Shown here one piece after another: positions 27,809 through 36,375 of a stretch of DNA of 64,000 nt. The stretch comes from Bacilli bacterium. GTDB lineage: Bacteria > Bacillota_I > Bacilli_A > ML615J-28 > CAG-313. The notes under the pieces were generated by a model that was not told the origin of the DNA, did not search any database, and saw only the letters and a list, made by a program, of their open reading frames with translations. Made by a program: the position numbers and the translations under genes. The DNA lies in assembly GCA_017398545.1 (NCBI GenBank), contig JAFQFT010000004.1, forward strand, positions 34,704 to 98,703, given 5' to 3'. Every line of letters starts with the position of its first letter. Positions within the stretch are counted from its first letter, which is position 1.

Positions 27809-28777
27809 ATGGCAAAGGTAAATAAAATAGCAATTTTAACATCAGGTGGCGATGCTCCTGGGATGAATGCAGCAATTCGTGCAGTTGTACGTTCTGCTTT
27901 ATCACATGGGTTAGAAGTATATGCTGTATACGAAGGATATGCTGGACTTATTGCAAACAATATCCATAAGATGGATCGTTCATCTGTTTCAAATATTATT
28001 AATCGCGGTGGTACAATTTTAGGAACTGCTAGACTTCCTGAATTTGCAGATGATGAAGTAGCAATGAAAGGTGTTGAAAACCTAAAAAAACTTGGTATTG
28101 ATTGTTTAGTTGCGATTGGTGGCGATGGTACTTATCGTGGTGTTTTAAAACTTCATAATTTTGGAATAAACTGTATCGGTATTCCTGGTACAATTGATAA
28201 CGATATTGCGTCTACTGAATTTACAATTGGTTTTGATACAGCTGTTAATACTGCTGTTGATGCTATTGATAAGTTACGTGATACTTGTAACTCGCATCAT
28301 AGATGTTCTGTTATTGAAGTTATGGGACGCTATTGTGGTGATATCGCTTATGCTGCTGGTGTTGCTAGTGGAGCTGATTTAATTATCACATCAGAAACTG
28401 GTTACGATGAAGAAGAAGTAATGAAGTTTATTGAAAAAGCTCAAGAAGAAGAAAAACATCGTTTATTAATTGTTATTACTGAAAAGGTTACAAATGTTTC
28501 AGCACTTGCTAATCGTATTAAAACTGAAACAGGTTTTGACTCTCGTGCAACAATTCTTGGACATATCCAAAGAGGTGGTAACCCATCACCGTTTGATAGA
28601 GTGCTTGCTACTCGTTTAGGTGATGCTGCAGTTGATAAACTAATGGAAGGCGAATCTGGTGTATGTATTGGTGTCTTTAATAATGAAATTGTTTGTACAC
28701 CAATTCCAGAAGCATTAGAAATGAAAAAGAATATTTTCAGAAAATACGCTATTGATACAAACAATAGTGTAAGATAA
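27809..28777 (+). CDS. pfkA: ATP-dependent 6-phosphofructokinase
   Basis: ILTSGGDAPGMNAAIRAVVR, GGDGTY and PGTIDND motifs. Confidence 0.96.
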   Translation: MAKVNKIAILTSGGDAPGMNAAIRAVVRSALSHGLEVYAVYEGYAGLIANNIHKMDRSSVSNIINRGGTILGTARLPEFADDEVAMKGVENLKKLGIDCLVAIGGDGTYRGVLKLHNFGINCIGIPGTIDNDIASTEFTIGFDTAVNTAVDAIDKLRDTCNSHHRCSVIEVMGRYCGDIAYAAGVASGADLIITSETGYDEEEVMKFIEKAQEEEKHRLLIVITEKVTNVSALANRIKTETGFDSRATILGHIQRGGNPSPFDRVLATRLGDAAVDKLMEGESGVCIGVFNNEIVCTPIPEALEMKKNIFRKYAIDTNNSVR

Positions 28778-28856
28778 TTATATATATTGAATTAAAATAG
28801 ACTAAAAGATAAAGACTTAGTTTATTAATATTTTATAAATAGTTGATATTAAATAC

Positions 28857-28886
28857 TTGACTAGAAATGGTAAAAATTGGTATAAT
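28857..28886 (+). promoter_or_regulatory. Promoter of the 28.9-kb short transcript or leader
   Basis: -35 TTGACT (28857-28862), 18-nt spacer, TGn-extended -10 TATAAT (28881-28886). Confidence 0.6.
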
Positions 28887-28892
28887 ACATGT

Positions 28893-28998
28893 GTGGGAAA
28901 ACTCATACTCTAAGATAGTTGTAATAATTACCTTAAAGTATTTAGAATCAAATAAAAAAGAAATTATTAGACTCTCTTAGAAATAAGGGAGTTTTTTG
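28893..28998 (+). ncRNA. Candidate ~105-nt small RNA or terminator-containing 5' leader of the lipoprotein operon
   Basis: A strong promoter is followed by about 105 nt without ORF or SD. The unit ends in ACTCTCTTA-GAAA-TAAGGGAGT (28971-28992) plus a T5 run. Confidence 0.4.
28971..28997 (+). terminator. Intrinsic terminator or attenuator
   Basis: 9-bp stem with one G-U pair, GAAA loop and T5 run. Confidence 0.65.
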
Positions 28999-29047
28999 TA
29001 TTTATAACATATAATATAAATAATGTGAGTAATGGGAGATGTTACAC

Positions 29048-29131
29048 ATGATTAAGATTTATTTAATGAATATGGTGATTATCTTTGAAAATGAATTATT
29101 AAGTAATAAATACGACAGTTACGAGGAGTGA
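29048..29131 (+). CDS. Possible 27-codon upstream ORF (MIKIYLMNMVIIFENELLSNKYDSYEE)
   Basis: ATG lies 10 nt after GGGAG. Its stop TGA (29129-29131) lies immediately after the GAGGAG SD of the downstream lipoprotein gene. There is no homology evidence. Confidence 0.2.
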   Translation: MIKIYLMNMVIIFENELLSNKYDSYEE

Positions 29132-29137
29132 TGTGAA

Positions 29138-29839
29138 ATGAAAAAGATATTTTTAGTTTTTATGAGTTTAATGTTTATAATGTGTTTAGTTGGGTGTGAT
29201 AAAACAAATAATAATTTAAAAGAACAAAAATGTACACAACTTGATGAAGTATATGAAGAATTAGATTATAAAGAATATAGTTTAAATAACTGGGATTTGG
29301 TAACTAATTATATTAAAGAAGGTAAGTCAAAAATTGTGTTATGTAATGAAAATAATCAAATTGATAAAATATATGAAGAAACTATCAGAAAAATACATGA
29401 AATAAATAAATGTACTGATAAATTTAATGTTTTAGATATTAAAGAAGTAATTTTTAATGGATATGCATTGGAAGGTGAATATAAACAAATTCATATTATT
29501 GATAATTATAATGAACTTATAGAATTATTTAGTAATATAAATATTTTTGGTGATGATAATAAACAATTCATTATTGATAATTATACATCTGATTTTTTTA
29601 AAGATAAAACTATTTTAGTTTACTTTTACCATGGTCAAAGTAGTAATATTAAAAGGTATATAAATGAAGTATCAAAATATAATAATCTTATTAAAATCCA
29701 AATGAATGCTGAACAATATGGAGATTCTTTAAATGATGATACATTTGTTAAACCATTAATTATAGAATTTAATAAAAACGATATTTCATCAAAGTGTATA
29801 ATAGAATTCTATGAGAAATATACTATATTTAAAAATTAA
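29138..29839 (+). CDS. Lipoprotein of unknown function
   Basis: Signal peptide with lipobox CLVGC and SD GAGGAG. No family recognised. Confidence 0.6.
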   Translation: MKKIFLVFMSLMFIMCLVGCDKTNNNLKEQKCTQLDEVYEELDYKEYSLNNWDLVTNYIKEGKSKIVLCNENNQIDKIYEETIRKIHEINKCTDKFNVLDIKEVIFNGYALEGEYKQIHIIDNYNELIELFSNINIFGDDNKQFIIDNYTSDFFKDKTILVYFYHGQSSNIKRYINEVSKYNNLIKIQMNAEQYGDSLNDDTFVKPLIIEFNKNDISSKCIIEFYEKYTIFKN

Positions 29840-29845
29840 TTATAT

Positions 29846-30124
29846 ATGATGTTTATTATAAGAAAAATAATTTTAAAATTTTGTTTACTAATTTGCTCAA
29901 TAATTTCAATTTTTACTATTTTATTTTTAGAAAACATTAATACTAATTGTCCATATCCAATGATTCAATATTACTCATGGAATATACTAAATGAAAGTGA
30001 AGAAACAGTTACCATGAATTATTGGGGACAAATATCTTCTACTGGTACATGTACTGTTCTAATAGTAGGAACATATAATTTAAATTCAAGAGTAAGATTA
30101 TATATAACATTAATAATTGAATAA
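29846..30124 (+). CDS. Small hypothetical membrane protein
   Basis: One N-terminal hydrophobic helix. No obvious SD. Lies 6 nt after the preceding gene. Confidence 0.35.
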   Translation: MMFIIRKIILKFCLLICSIISIFTILFLENINTNCPYPMIQYYSWNILNESEETVTMNYWGQISSTGTCTVLIVGTYNLNSRVRLYITLIIE

Positions 30125-30211
30125 TATTATTATAAAATATCAAATTAAGGCTAGTTAACATTATGATAAATTATAGCCTGTAATTCGGACACGTATAAAA
30201 AGCTAGTTTTG

Positions 30212-30245
30212 CCCTGTAAACATTATGTTTTACAGGGTATTTTTT
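30212..30245 (+). terminator. Intrinsic terminator of the 29138-30124 unit
   Basis: CCCTGTAAA / TTTACAGGG stem followed by TATTTTTT. Confidence 0.75.
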
Positions 30246-30566
30246 ATGGTAAAATAATTATGGAGGAGCAGCAAGAATAAATTAAAAAATGGACTCGTAT
30301 AAACGATATTTTTTAAATTTTTTTATTATTAAAAATAATATTAAACTAATAGAGGAAGAAGTTAAAAGAATAGATTCTTTTAATATGTATTGTAAAAATC
30401 TTCAATAATTAAAAATTATTTAGCAAACGAAACATAAATATTGTAAATTGTTGCGCAATTGAGGCAGGATAAGGAAAAAAATGCAATTTGTTGTTTTTTT
30501 GACTTCTTTCGACAACTGGGATACCAAGATTTCGCTTCTTGTCCGGTTATAAAAATGTAAAATGCG

Positions 30567-30599
30567 AGACTAAAAGATGAATTTTTTTTAGTCTTTTTT
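30567..30599 (+). terminator. Intrinsic terminator or attenuator just upstream of the surface-protein gene
   Basis: AGACTAAAA / TTTTAGTCT stem plus a T5 run on the + strand. It lies inside the dubious minus-strand 63-aa ORF. Confidence 0.6.
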
Positions 30600-30657
30600 C
30601 GTGTCATTTTTCATATAATATAAGTTATACTTTTACTTACGTATAGTGAGGTGTAAT

Positions 30658-32592
30658 ATGAAAAAAATAGTTTATATTATTTTATTTATAATAATGATTA
30701 GTTTTTCTAATATAAAAGTAGATGCAAGTTCAAAAATAGACTTATGTGTGGTATATGAAAAAGAATCGTATGAAAAAGGCGATTTGGTTAGTTTATCTTT
30801 TGATTTACCGAAATTTTCTAATCTATTTGAAGTGATTATTAGAGTAAATTATAACGAATTTGTTTTTAAACCAATTATATATAACAATGAATACTTTAAA
30901 TTAAATAATCATTCGATATTTGAAGAGTTTGTTGTAAATAAGAAAATTAATGAAAATACGCTTTATGCTGAACTTATGAAGAGTGATGCAAGTGATGGGT
31001 ATTATTCTAGTTATAAGAATAATTTATGTATTTTAGAGTTTAATGCCCTTTCTCATATTGATAATATTAAAGATTATTTTAATAGTGATAATATTCAAGT
31101 ATTTTTGTTTGATATAAATCATTCGTTAATTGATTATGATATAAAACAAATTAAATTACTTGATGCAGGGTTTAATCATACTAGTTATGATGTGGAAGTT
31201 TATGGGGAAGAAGTATTGCTTGATGATATATTTTATGTAAATAATAGAAATAGTGATGAATTTATTATATTAGAGGAAAAGAAAATTGATTATAGCACGT
31301 TAGGTAGTCAAATTCTTCAACTTGGTGTATTTGATAAAGTTACTGGAAAGTATTTGACTTATAGTACGATTATTAATGTTTTAGATAAGGAATCTCCCAT
31401 TATAGAAAGTGAAGATCATTTTTATATTAATGATGAAATAATAGATAGTATTAATTTTGTAGATTATATTAATGTAAGTGATAATTATGATCAAAATGTG
31501 AGTATATTAGTTAATTATTATAATAAGGAATATGAAAGTATTAGCTCATATAATGATGCGTTAATGTATTTAAAAAATAATTTAATGATTTATATTGGTT
31601 TTGTGGCGGTTGATGGATCAATGAATAAAAGTGATGAGAAAATAGTGATGTTTGATTTGATTGATACTGTAAGTCCTATCATAAATGTAAGTGATATTAA
31701 TATTATTGATACAACTCTTGATTCTTTTGATGTTTTAGAATATATTAGTGTTACTGACAATTTAGATAAAAGTCCTAATGTGATATTAACTTTTTATAAT
31801 GCTAGTTTAGAACTAGTGGATAATTATAAAGATTATTTAACTATTAATGAATGTTGTTATATGGATGTGTATGGAGTAGATAGTTTTAATAATATTAGTG
31901 ATAAAAAAAGAGTAAAGATTAGCTTAATTGATACGACACCTCCTAAGTTGGAATATGTTGAAGAATCTTTTGTTAATGATTATGAAGTTAATAATTTTGA
32001 TTTTAATAATTTAATTAAAGTTATTGATAACGATGAAAGAAAATGTAGTATTAGTTGTGATTATATAGTAGATGATGTAGTAATTGGAGATGTAGGTGAA
32101 TTTAGGAGTTATTTAGTCCAAGGTAAAAAGTGTTATATAAAATATTATGTTTATGATTATAGTTTAAATTATAATAGTTGTATTATTAAGGTAATGGTTA
32201 AAGATACACTTGCACCTGTGATTAGTGTTAATGTTGAAAATGATGGAATTTATAAAAGTTTAGATGAAATAATTTATGAAATAGTGGATAATATAAGTAG
32301 TAATTTAAATATAACAATATTACTTGATGGAGAAGTTTATAATGGTGGAAAAGTAGAAGAAGGAAGCCATATATTATTTGTAGAAGCAATGGATGAATCT
32401 GGTAACAAAATAACTGAAGAATATAATTTTATTGTTAGTAATAAAAGTTTTGTAGGTAATTTAATAGATGGAAATATTAAATTACATAGTAGTATAATTA
32501 TTATTGTTGTAATTATTTTATCAATTGTAATTGTGCTTTTAAAATATCGTTTTAACTGTCGATTAAAGACTATGAATAAAGAAAGTGAGTAA
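30658..32592 (+). CDS. Membrane-anchored surface protein with a cohesin-like N-terminal domain and four tandem ~90-aa Ig-like modules
   Basis: ATG 30658 follows SD GTGAGG (the ORF-track start 30646 falls inside that SD). The product has a signal peptide. Modules start near 31384, 31663, 31930 and 32203, each beginning D-x-x-x-P-x-I/L. A C-terminal TM helix is followed by a basic stop-transfer segment. Confidence 0.65.
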   Translation: MKKIVYIILFIIMISFSNIKVDASSKIDLCVVYEKESYEKGDLVSLSFDLPKFSNLFEVIIRVNYNEFVFKPIIYNNEYFKLNNHSIFEEFVVNKKINENTLYAELMKSDASDGYYSSYKNNLCILEFNALSHIDNIKDYFNSDNIQVFLFDINHSLIDYDIKQIKLLDAGFNHTSYDVEVYGEEVLLDDIFYVNNRNSDEFIILEEKKIDYSTLGSQILQLGVFDKVTGKYLTYSTIINVLDKESPIIESEDHFYINDEIIDSINFVDYINVSDNYDQNVSILVNYYNKEYESISSYNDALMYLKNNLMIYIGFVAVDGSMNKSDEKIVMFDLIDTVSPIINVSDINIIDTTLDSFDVLEYISVTDNLDKSPNVILTFYNASLELVDNYKDYLTINECCYMDVYGVDSFNNISDKKRVKISLIDTTPPKLEYVEESFVNDYEVNNFDFNNLIKVIDNDERKCSISCDYIVDDVVIGDVGEFRSYLVQGKKCYIKYYVYDYSLNYNSCIIKVMVKDTLAPVISVNVENDGIYKSLDEIIYEIVDNISSNLNITILLDGEVYNGGKVEEGSHILFVEAMDESGNKITEEYNFIVSNKSFVGNLIDGNIKLHSSIIIIVVIILSIVIVLLKYRFNCRLKTMNKESE

Positions 32593-32662
32593 AATTAAAT
32601 ATTATTAAAATTAAACCATTACTATATTATTTATGATATAATGATATTAAAGAGGTGAAATT

Positions 32663-34234
32663 GTGAGAAGAATAGCTATTATATTTGTTATGTTTTTTAT
32701 TGCTTTTTTAGTTGTTGGATGTCGTAATAAAGGATGCGGTAAAAATACAGGTGTAAAAGAATATGATTTAACTAATATTTCATTTAGTGATGTAAATGTT
32801 ATTTATGATGGAGAAGAACATAGTGTTTTATTGAGTGGTGAATTACCTGAAGGGTTAGAGGTTGAATATGAAAATAATAAATTAACTAATGTGGGTTCTA
32901 CTTCTGCAACTGCTACAATTAAAGAAAAAGAAACACAAGAAGTTTTAAAAGTTTTAACTGCTAACTTATCAATTGATAAAAGAATAGTTAAGGTAAGAGT
33001 TAATGATATTTATATTAAATATGGTGAAGAACCTAAAGATGATGAATATAAATTTATTGAAGGTAGCTTTGTAGAAAGTGATCTTGGTAAATTAAATATT
33101 AATATTGCATTTACAAAAAGGGGAATGCCTGGTTTTGTCGCAACATTTTATGATGCTGTTGATTTAGAGTATACTCCAAATTCCAATTACGAAATAACTG
33201 TTGAAAAAGGTGATGTAACGATTTATAATAGTGAACTATCTTTAAGTGATGTTATTGTGTATTGTAATAGTGATGCTTATACAGAAGAATGTTTTGCAAA
33301 TTTAGAAAATATTATTGATTATGATAATTCAAATTATAGGGATTTAGAAAATGATTATTATGACACACCACTCTTTTCTTCTATTAATGAAAAAGGTGAT
33401 GTTATAGAATTTTATTTTGATTATTTAACTACTACATTTAATCTTGTTAAAAAAGATAATAATGGAAATGTAATAAAAATTATTAATTCAAGTCGTGAAA
33501 AAACTATAATGGAGCTAAATTATCAAATTATTAATAATCCTGATAGAATATATTCTTTTTCAAATTATGATGAGTCTGTAAGTGATAGAAATATTTATTA
33601 TGATAAAGTAACACCAAATTATTCTATATATTTAGAAAAAGATGAATTAGGTAATGAAACAAAGTTAATAGTATCATATTTAATGGCTAAACGAGGAATA
33701 GACTATAGTTACTTTCCAAAATATATTTCTAAAGAAAAAATGGATGAATATTTCGAAAGAAATAAAACACTAGTAGAAAATGGTGCGTTAACTTCAAATG
33801 GCGATTCTATAATTGATATTAAATCTAATAATAGGTTATATACAGAATTTTGCAAAAATAACCAGTCTTATTATAAATTAGTTCCTGCTATTATAACAGA
33901 ATATGGTCAAGAAAAAGTTAATCCAGCTAATCAATTTGGTTATGATTATTATGAACTAAGTATGGAACATTCTAATATGTCAGGATTAGTGCGTGATACA
34001 TTATATAAATGTTTATATGAATATTCAGGCTATACAGAACAAGATTTGATTGCGGATAATAAAGAGTTTAATTATGAGATAGGCCATTGCAGACCAGAGT
34101 TTAAGGTTGTTGTGGAGTATAAATTAGTTGATGGAATTTTATATATTAGTGTTCCTAAGTCTTTAATTATTGTGGATGAAGAGTGTTATCTTGTGTCAAT
34201 AGAAATGCTACCATATGTGGAAATAGAAGAATAG
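32663..34234 (+). CDS. Lipoprotein with an N-terminal MBG-like domain
   Basis: GTG start after AGAGG. Lipobox LVVGC. The segment LSIDKRIVKVRVNDIYIKYGEEP resembles the MBG (YGX-type) domain. The remainder is unassigned. Confidence 0.55.
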   Translation: MRRIAIIFVMFFIAFLVVGCRNKGCGKNTGVKEYDLTNISFSDVNVIYDGEEHSVLLSGELPEGLEVEYENNKLTNVGSTSATATIKEKETQEVLKVLTANLSIDKRIVKVRVNDIYIKYGEEPKDDEYKFIEGSFVESDLGKLNINIAFTKRGMPGFVATFYDAVDLEYTPNSNYEITVEKGDVTIYNSELSLSDVIVYCNSDAYTEECFANLENIIDYDNSNYRDLENDYYDTPLFSSINEKGDVIEFYFDYLTTTFNLVKKDNNGNVIKIINSSREKTIMELNYQIINNPDRIYSFSNYDESVSDRNIYYDKVTPNYSIYLEKDELGNETKLIVSYLMAKRGIDYSYFPKYISKEKMDEYFERNKTLVENGALTSNGDSIIDIKSNNRLYTEFCKNNQSYYKLVPAIITEYGQEKVNPANQFGYDYYELSMEHSNMSGLVRDTLYKCLYEYSGYTEQDLIADNKEFNYEIGHCRPEFKVVVEYKLVDGILYISVPKSLIIVDEECYLVSIEMLPYVEIEE

Positions 34235-34259
34235 TTATTGTAGATTAGTTTAATTAATT

Positions 34260-34316
34260 AAGACACATTTGATTAAGTAATTATTAATTACTTTAATTTA
34301 GATGTGTCTTTTTTTA
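34260..34316 (+). terminator. Intrinsic terminator (long hairpin)
   Basis: Outer stem AAGACACAT / ATGTGTCTT, inner stem AAGTAATT / AATTACTT, and a T6 run. Confidence 0.7.
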
Positions 34317-34417
34317 TGTCTATTTAAAAAAGTAGTTTCTACTTATCAATTTGCTTTAAAATAATTGGTATAAGTGGTATAATATATCTACGTATAATTA
34401 GAAAATGAGGTAATAAT

Positions 34418-36355
34418 ATGTGTAGAAAATGTTATGTAACAACTCCAATTTATTATGCAAGTGGAACACCACAATTAGGTAATAGTTATTCAACTGTTGC
34501 TTGTGATGTATTTGCTAGATTTAATAGACTTATGAACCGTGATACATTCTATTTAACAGGTATGGATGAACATGGTCAAAAAATAGAAGAAGTTGCAGCT
34601 AAAGCAAAAATGGATCCTCAATCTTTTACTGATAAGATTGCAGAAGGGACTAAAGAGGTTTGGAAGAATTTAAATATTTCATATGATTATTTTATTCGTA
34701 CAACTGATGATAATCATGTAAAAGCAGTTCAAATGATTTTTGAAAAATTACTTGCTAATAAAGATATTTATTTAGGTTCATATACAGGTAATTATTGTGT
34801 ATCTTGTGAAACTTTCTTTACTAAGAGTCAGCTTGCTGAAGGGGATACTTGTCCAGATTGTGGTAAGGAAACTAAACTTGTATCTGAAGAAAGTTATTTT
34901 TTAAATTTAAAGAAGTATTCGGATCGTTTATTAAAATATATTGCAGATAATCCTAATTTTATTGTTCCTGAAACAAGAAAAAATGAAGTTGTTTCATTTA
35001 TTGAATCTGGGTTAGAGGATTTATGTGTTAGTAGAACAACGTTTAAATGGGGTGTACCTGTTGTTTCTAATCCTAAACATGTTGTATATGTTTGGATTGA
35101 TGCTCTTGCAAACTATATTACAGCACTTGGATATGGATCAGATGATGATACTAATTATAAAAAATATTGGTTAGAAAATAATAATATTTATCATGTTATA
35201 GGTAAAGATATTTTAAGATTCCATGCTATATATTGGCCAATTATGTTAATGGCTTTAGATATTCCAATTAATTTTCAACTTATTGTTCATGGTTGGATTT
35301 TAAATCGTGATGGTAAGATGAGTAAATCTCGTGGTAATGCTGTTTATCCTGAAGATTTATATAGTCGTTATGGAAGTGACTGTGTTCGTTATTATTTAGC
35401 TAAAGAAATGCCACTTGGTAATGATGGATTATTTAGTTATGATCGTTTCATGGAACGTTATAATACTGATCTTGCTAATGATTTAGGAAATCTTGTTAGT
35501 CGTACTGTTAGTATGATTGAAAAGTATTTTGATGGTGTTATTCCAAGTACTTATAAAAATACTGAATTTGATGCATCCTTACAAGATTGTGCTAAAAAGG
35601 CTATTGAAGTAACTAAGCAAGAGTTTGATAAATTTGAACTTCAAAATGCGATGAATGCAACTTGGGAGTTGATTAATCGTGCTAATAAGTATGTTGATGA
35701 AACTGCTCCTTGGACTTTAGCAAAAGATCCTGCAAACAAGGATTTACTTGCATCTGTAATGTATCATTTAGCTGAAAGTATTCGTGTTGCTGCTCATTTA
35801 GTTGCTCCATACTTAGTAGAAACTGCTCCTAAGATTTTGGAACAATTAGGCGTTAAAGAAGAACTTTGTCTTGAAAATCTTAAATTTGGTGCTAATCTTG
35901 GTGGTGTTAAAGTATGTAAGGGAGAAGCATTGTTTAAACGTTTAGATATTAAGGCTGAACTTAAATTCTATGAAGAAAAACAAAAGGCTGCACTTGAGGC
36001 ACTAAATAAGGTTAAAAAAGAAGAACCTAAGAAAGAATTAATTACAATTGATGATTTTGCTAAGGTAGAACTTAAAGTAGGAGAAATATTAGAATCTAAA
36101 CGTCATGAAAATGCTGAAAAGTTACTTGTTTCTAAAATTAAGATTGGTGATGAAGTAAGACAAATTGTTTCAGGTATTGCAAAACATTATGATCCTGCAA
36201 CTTTAGTTGGAAGAAAAGTTATTGTTGTAACTAATTTATTACCTGTTAAAATTAGAGGTGTCGAATCTAATGGTATGGTTTTATGTGCTGCTGATGGTGA
36301 AAAGTTAGAACTTATTGAAATTAAAGAAGCAGAAAGCGGAAGTATTGTTCGTTAA
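34418..36355 (+). CDS. metG: Methionyl-tRNA synthetase with a C-terminal tRNA-binding (Trbp111/EMAP-like) domain
   Basis: TTPIYYASG...GMDEHGQKI, a CxxC...CxxC knuckle, KMSKSRGN, and a C-terminal OB domain (VELKVGEI...VTNL). QLGN replaces the HIGH motif. Confidence 0.93.
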   Translation: MCRKCYVTTPIYYASGTPQLGNSYSTVACDVFARFNRLMNRDTFYLTGMDEHGQKIEEVAAKAKMDPQSFTDKIAEGTKEVWKNLNISYDYFIRTTDDNHVKAVQMIFEKLLANKDIYLGSYTGNYCVSCETFFTKSQLAEGDTCPDCGKETKLVSEESYFLNLKKYSDRLLKYIADNPNFIVPETRKNEVVSFIESGLEDLCVSRTTFKWGVPVVSNPKHVVYVWIDALANYITALGYGSDDDTNYKKYWLENNNIYHVIGKDILRFHAIYWPIMLMALDIPINFQLIVHGWILNRDGKMSKSRGNAVYPEDLYSRYGSDCVRYYLAKEMPLGNDGLFSYDRFMERYNTDLANDLGNLVSRTVSMIEKYFDGVIPSTYKNTEFDASLQDCAKKAIEVTKQEFDKFELQNAMNATWELINRANKYVDETAPWTLAKDPANKDLLASVMYHLAESIRVAAHLVAPYLVETAPKILEQLGVKEELCLENLKFGANLGGVKVCKGEALFKRLDIKAELKFYEEKQKAALEALNKVKKEEPKKELITIDDFAKVELKVGEILESKRHENAEKLLVSKIKIGDEVRQIVSGIAKHYDPATLVGRKVIVVTNLLPVKIRGVESNGMVLCAADGEKLELIEIKEAESGSIVR

Positions 36356-36375
36356 ATAAAATTAAAGGATTTAAT

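Noticed and set aside
28893-28915. A third L1-site-like motif, because CATGTGTGGGAAAACTCAT resembles the TGTGTGGGAGAACATCAT start of the rplK leader element.
   Set aside because: The closing CCACAT half and the GAC element are missing, and the context (a lipoprotein operon) gives no rationale. The similarity is probably coincidental.
30290-30409. 39-codon ORF MDSYKRYFLNFFIIKNNIKLIEEEVKRIDSFNMYCKNLQ in the 30.2-30.6 kb gap.
   Set aside because: It has no SD, its composition is indistinguishable from AT-rich non-coding DNA, and I recognise no motif.
30420-30600. c-di-GMP-I (GEMM), purine or other familiar riboswitch upstream of the surface-protein gene.
   Set aside because: AGCAAACGAAAC and GCGCAATTGAGGCAGG only superficially resemble the GEMM GCAAA / ACGCAAAGCC elements, and the required flanking stems are absent. 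No purine-riboswitch UAUAAU...GGAUAUGG core is present. I left the region as unassigned.
30416-30607. Minus-strand 63-aa ORF from the ORF track (MTRKKTKKNSS...).
   Set aside because: It has no SD. Its first 13 codons are the reverse complement of a canonical + strand terminator hairpin plus T-run. Its composition is odd, with a basic low-complexity N-terminus. I treat it as spurious pending BLAST or Ribo-seq.
34317-34417. T-box leaders upstream of metG, and upstream of cysS at 38637-38689.
   Set aside because: The untranslated regions are only about 50-100 nt. They lack the conserved T-box sequence and specifier-loop architecture, and each has an ordinary promoter close to the start codon.
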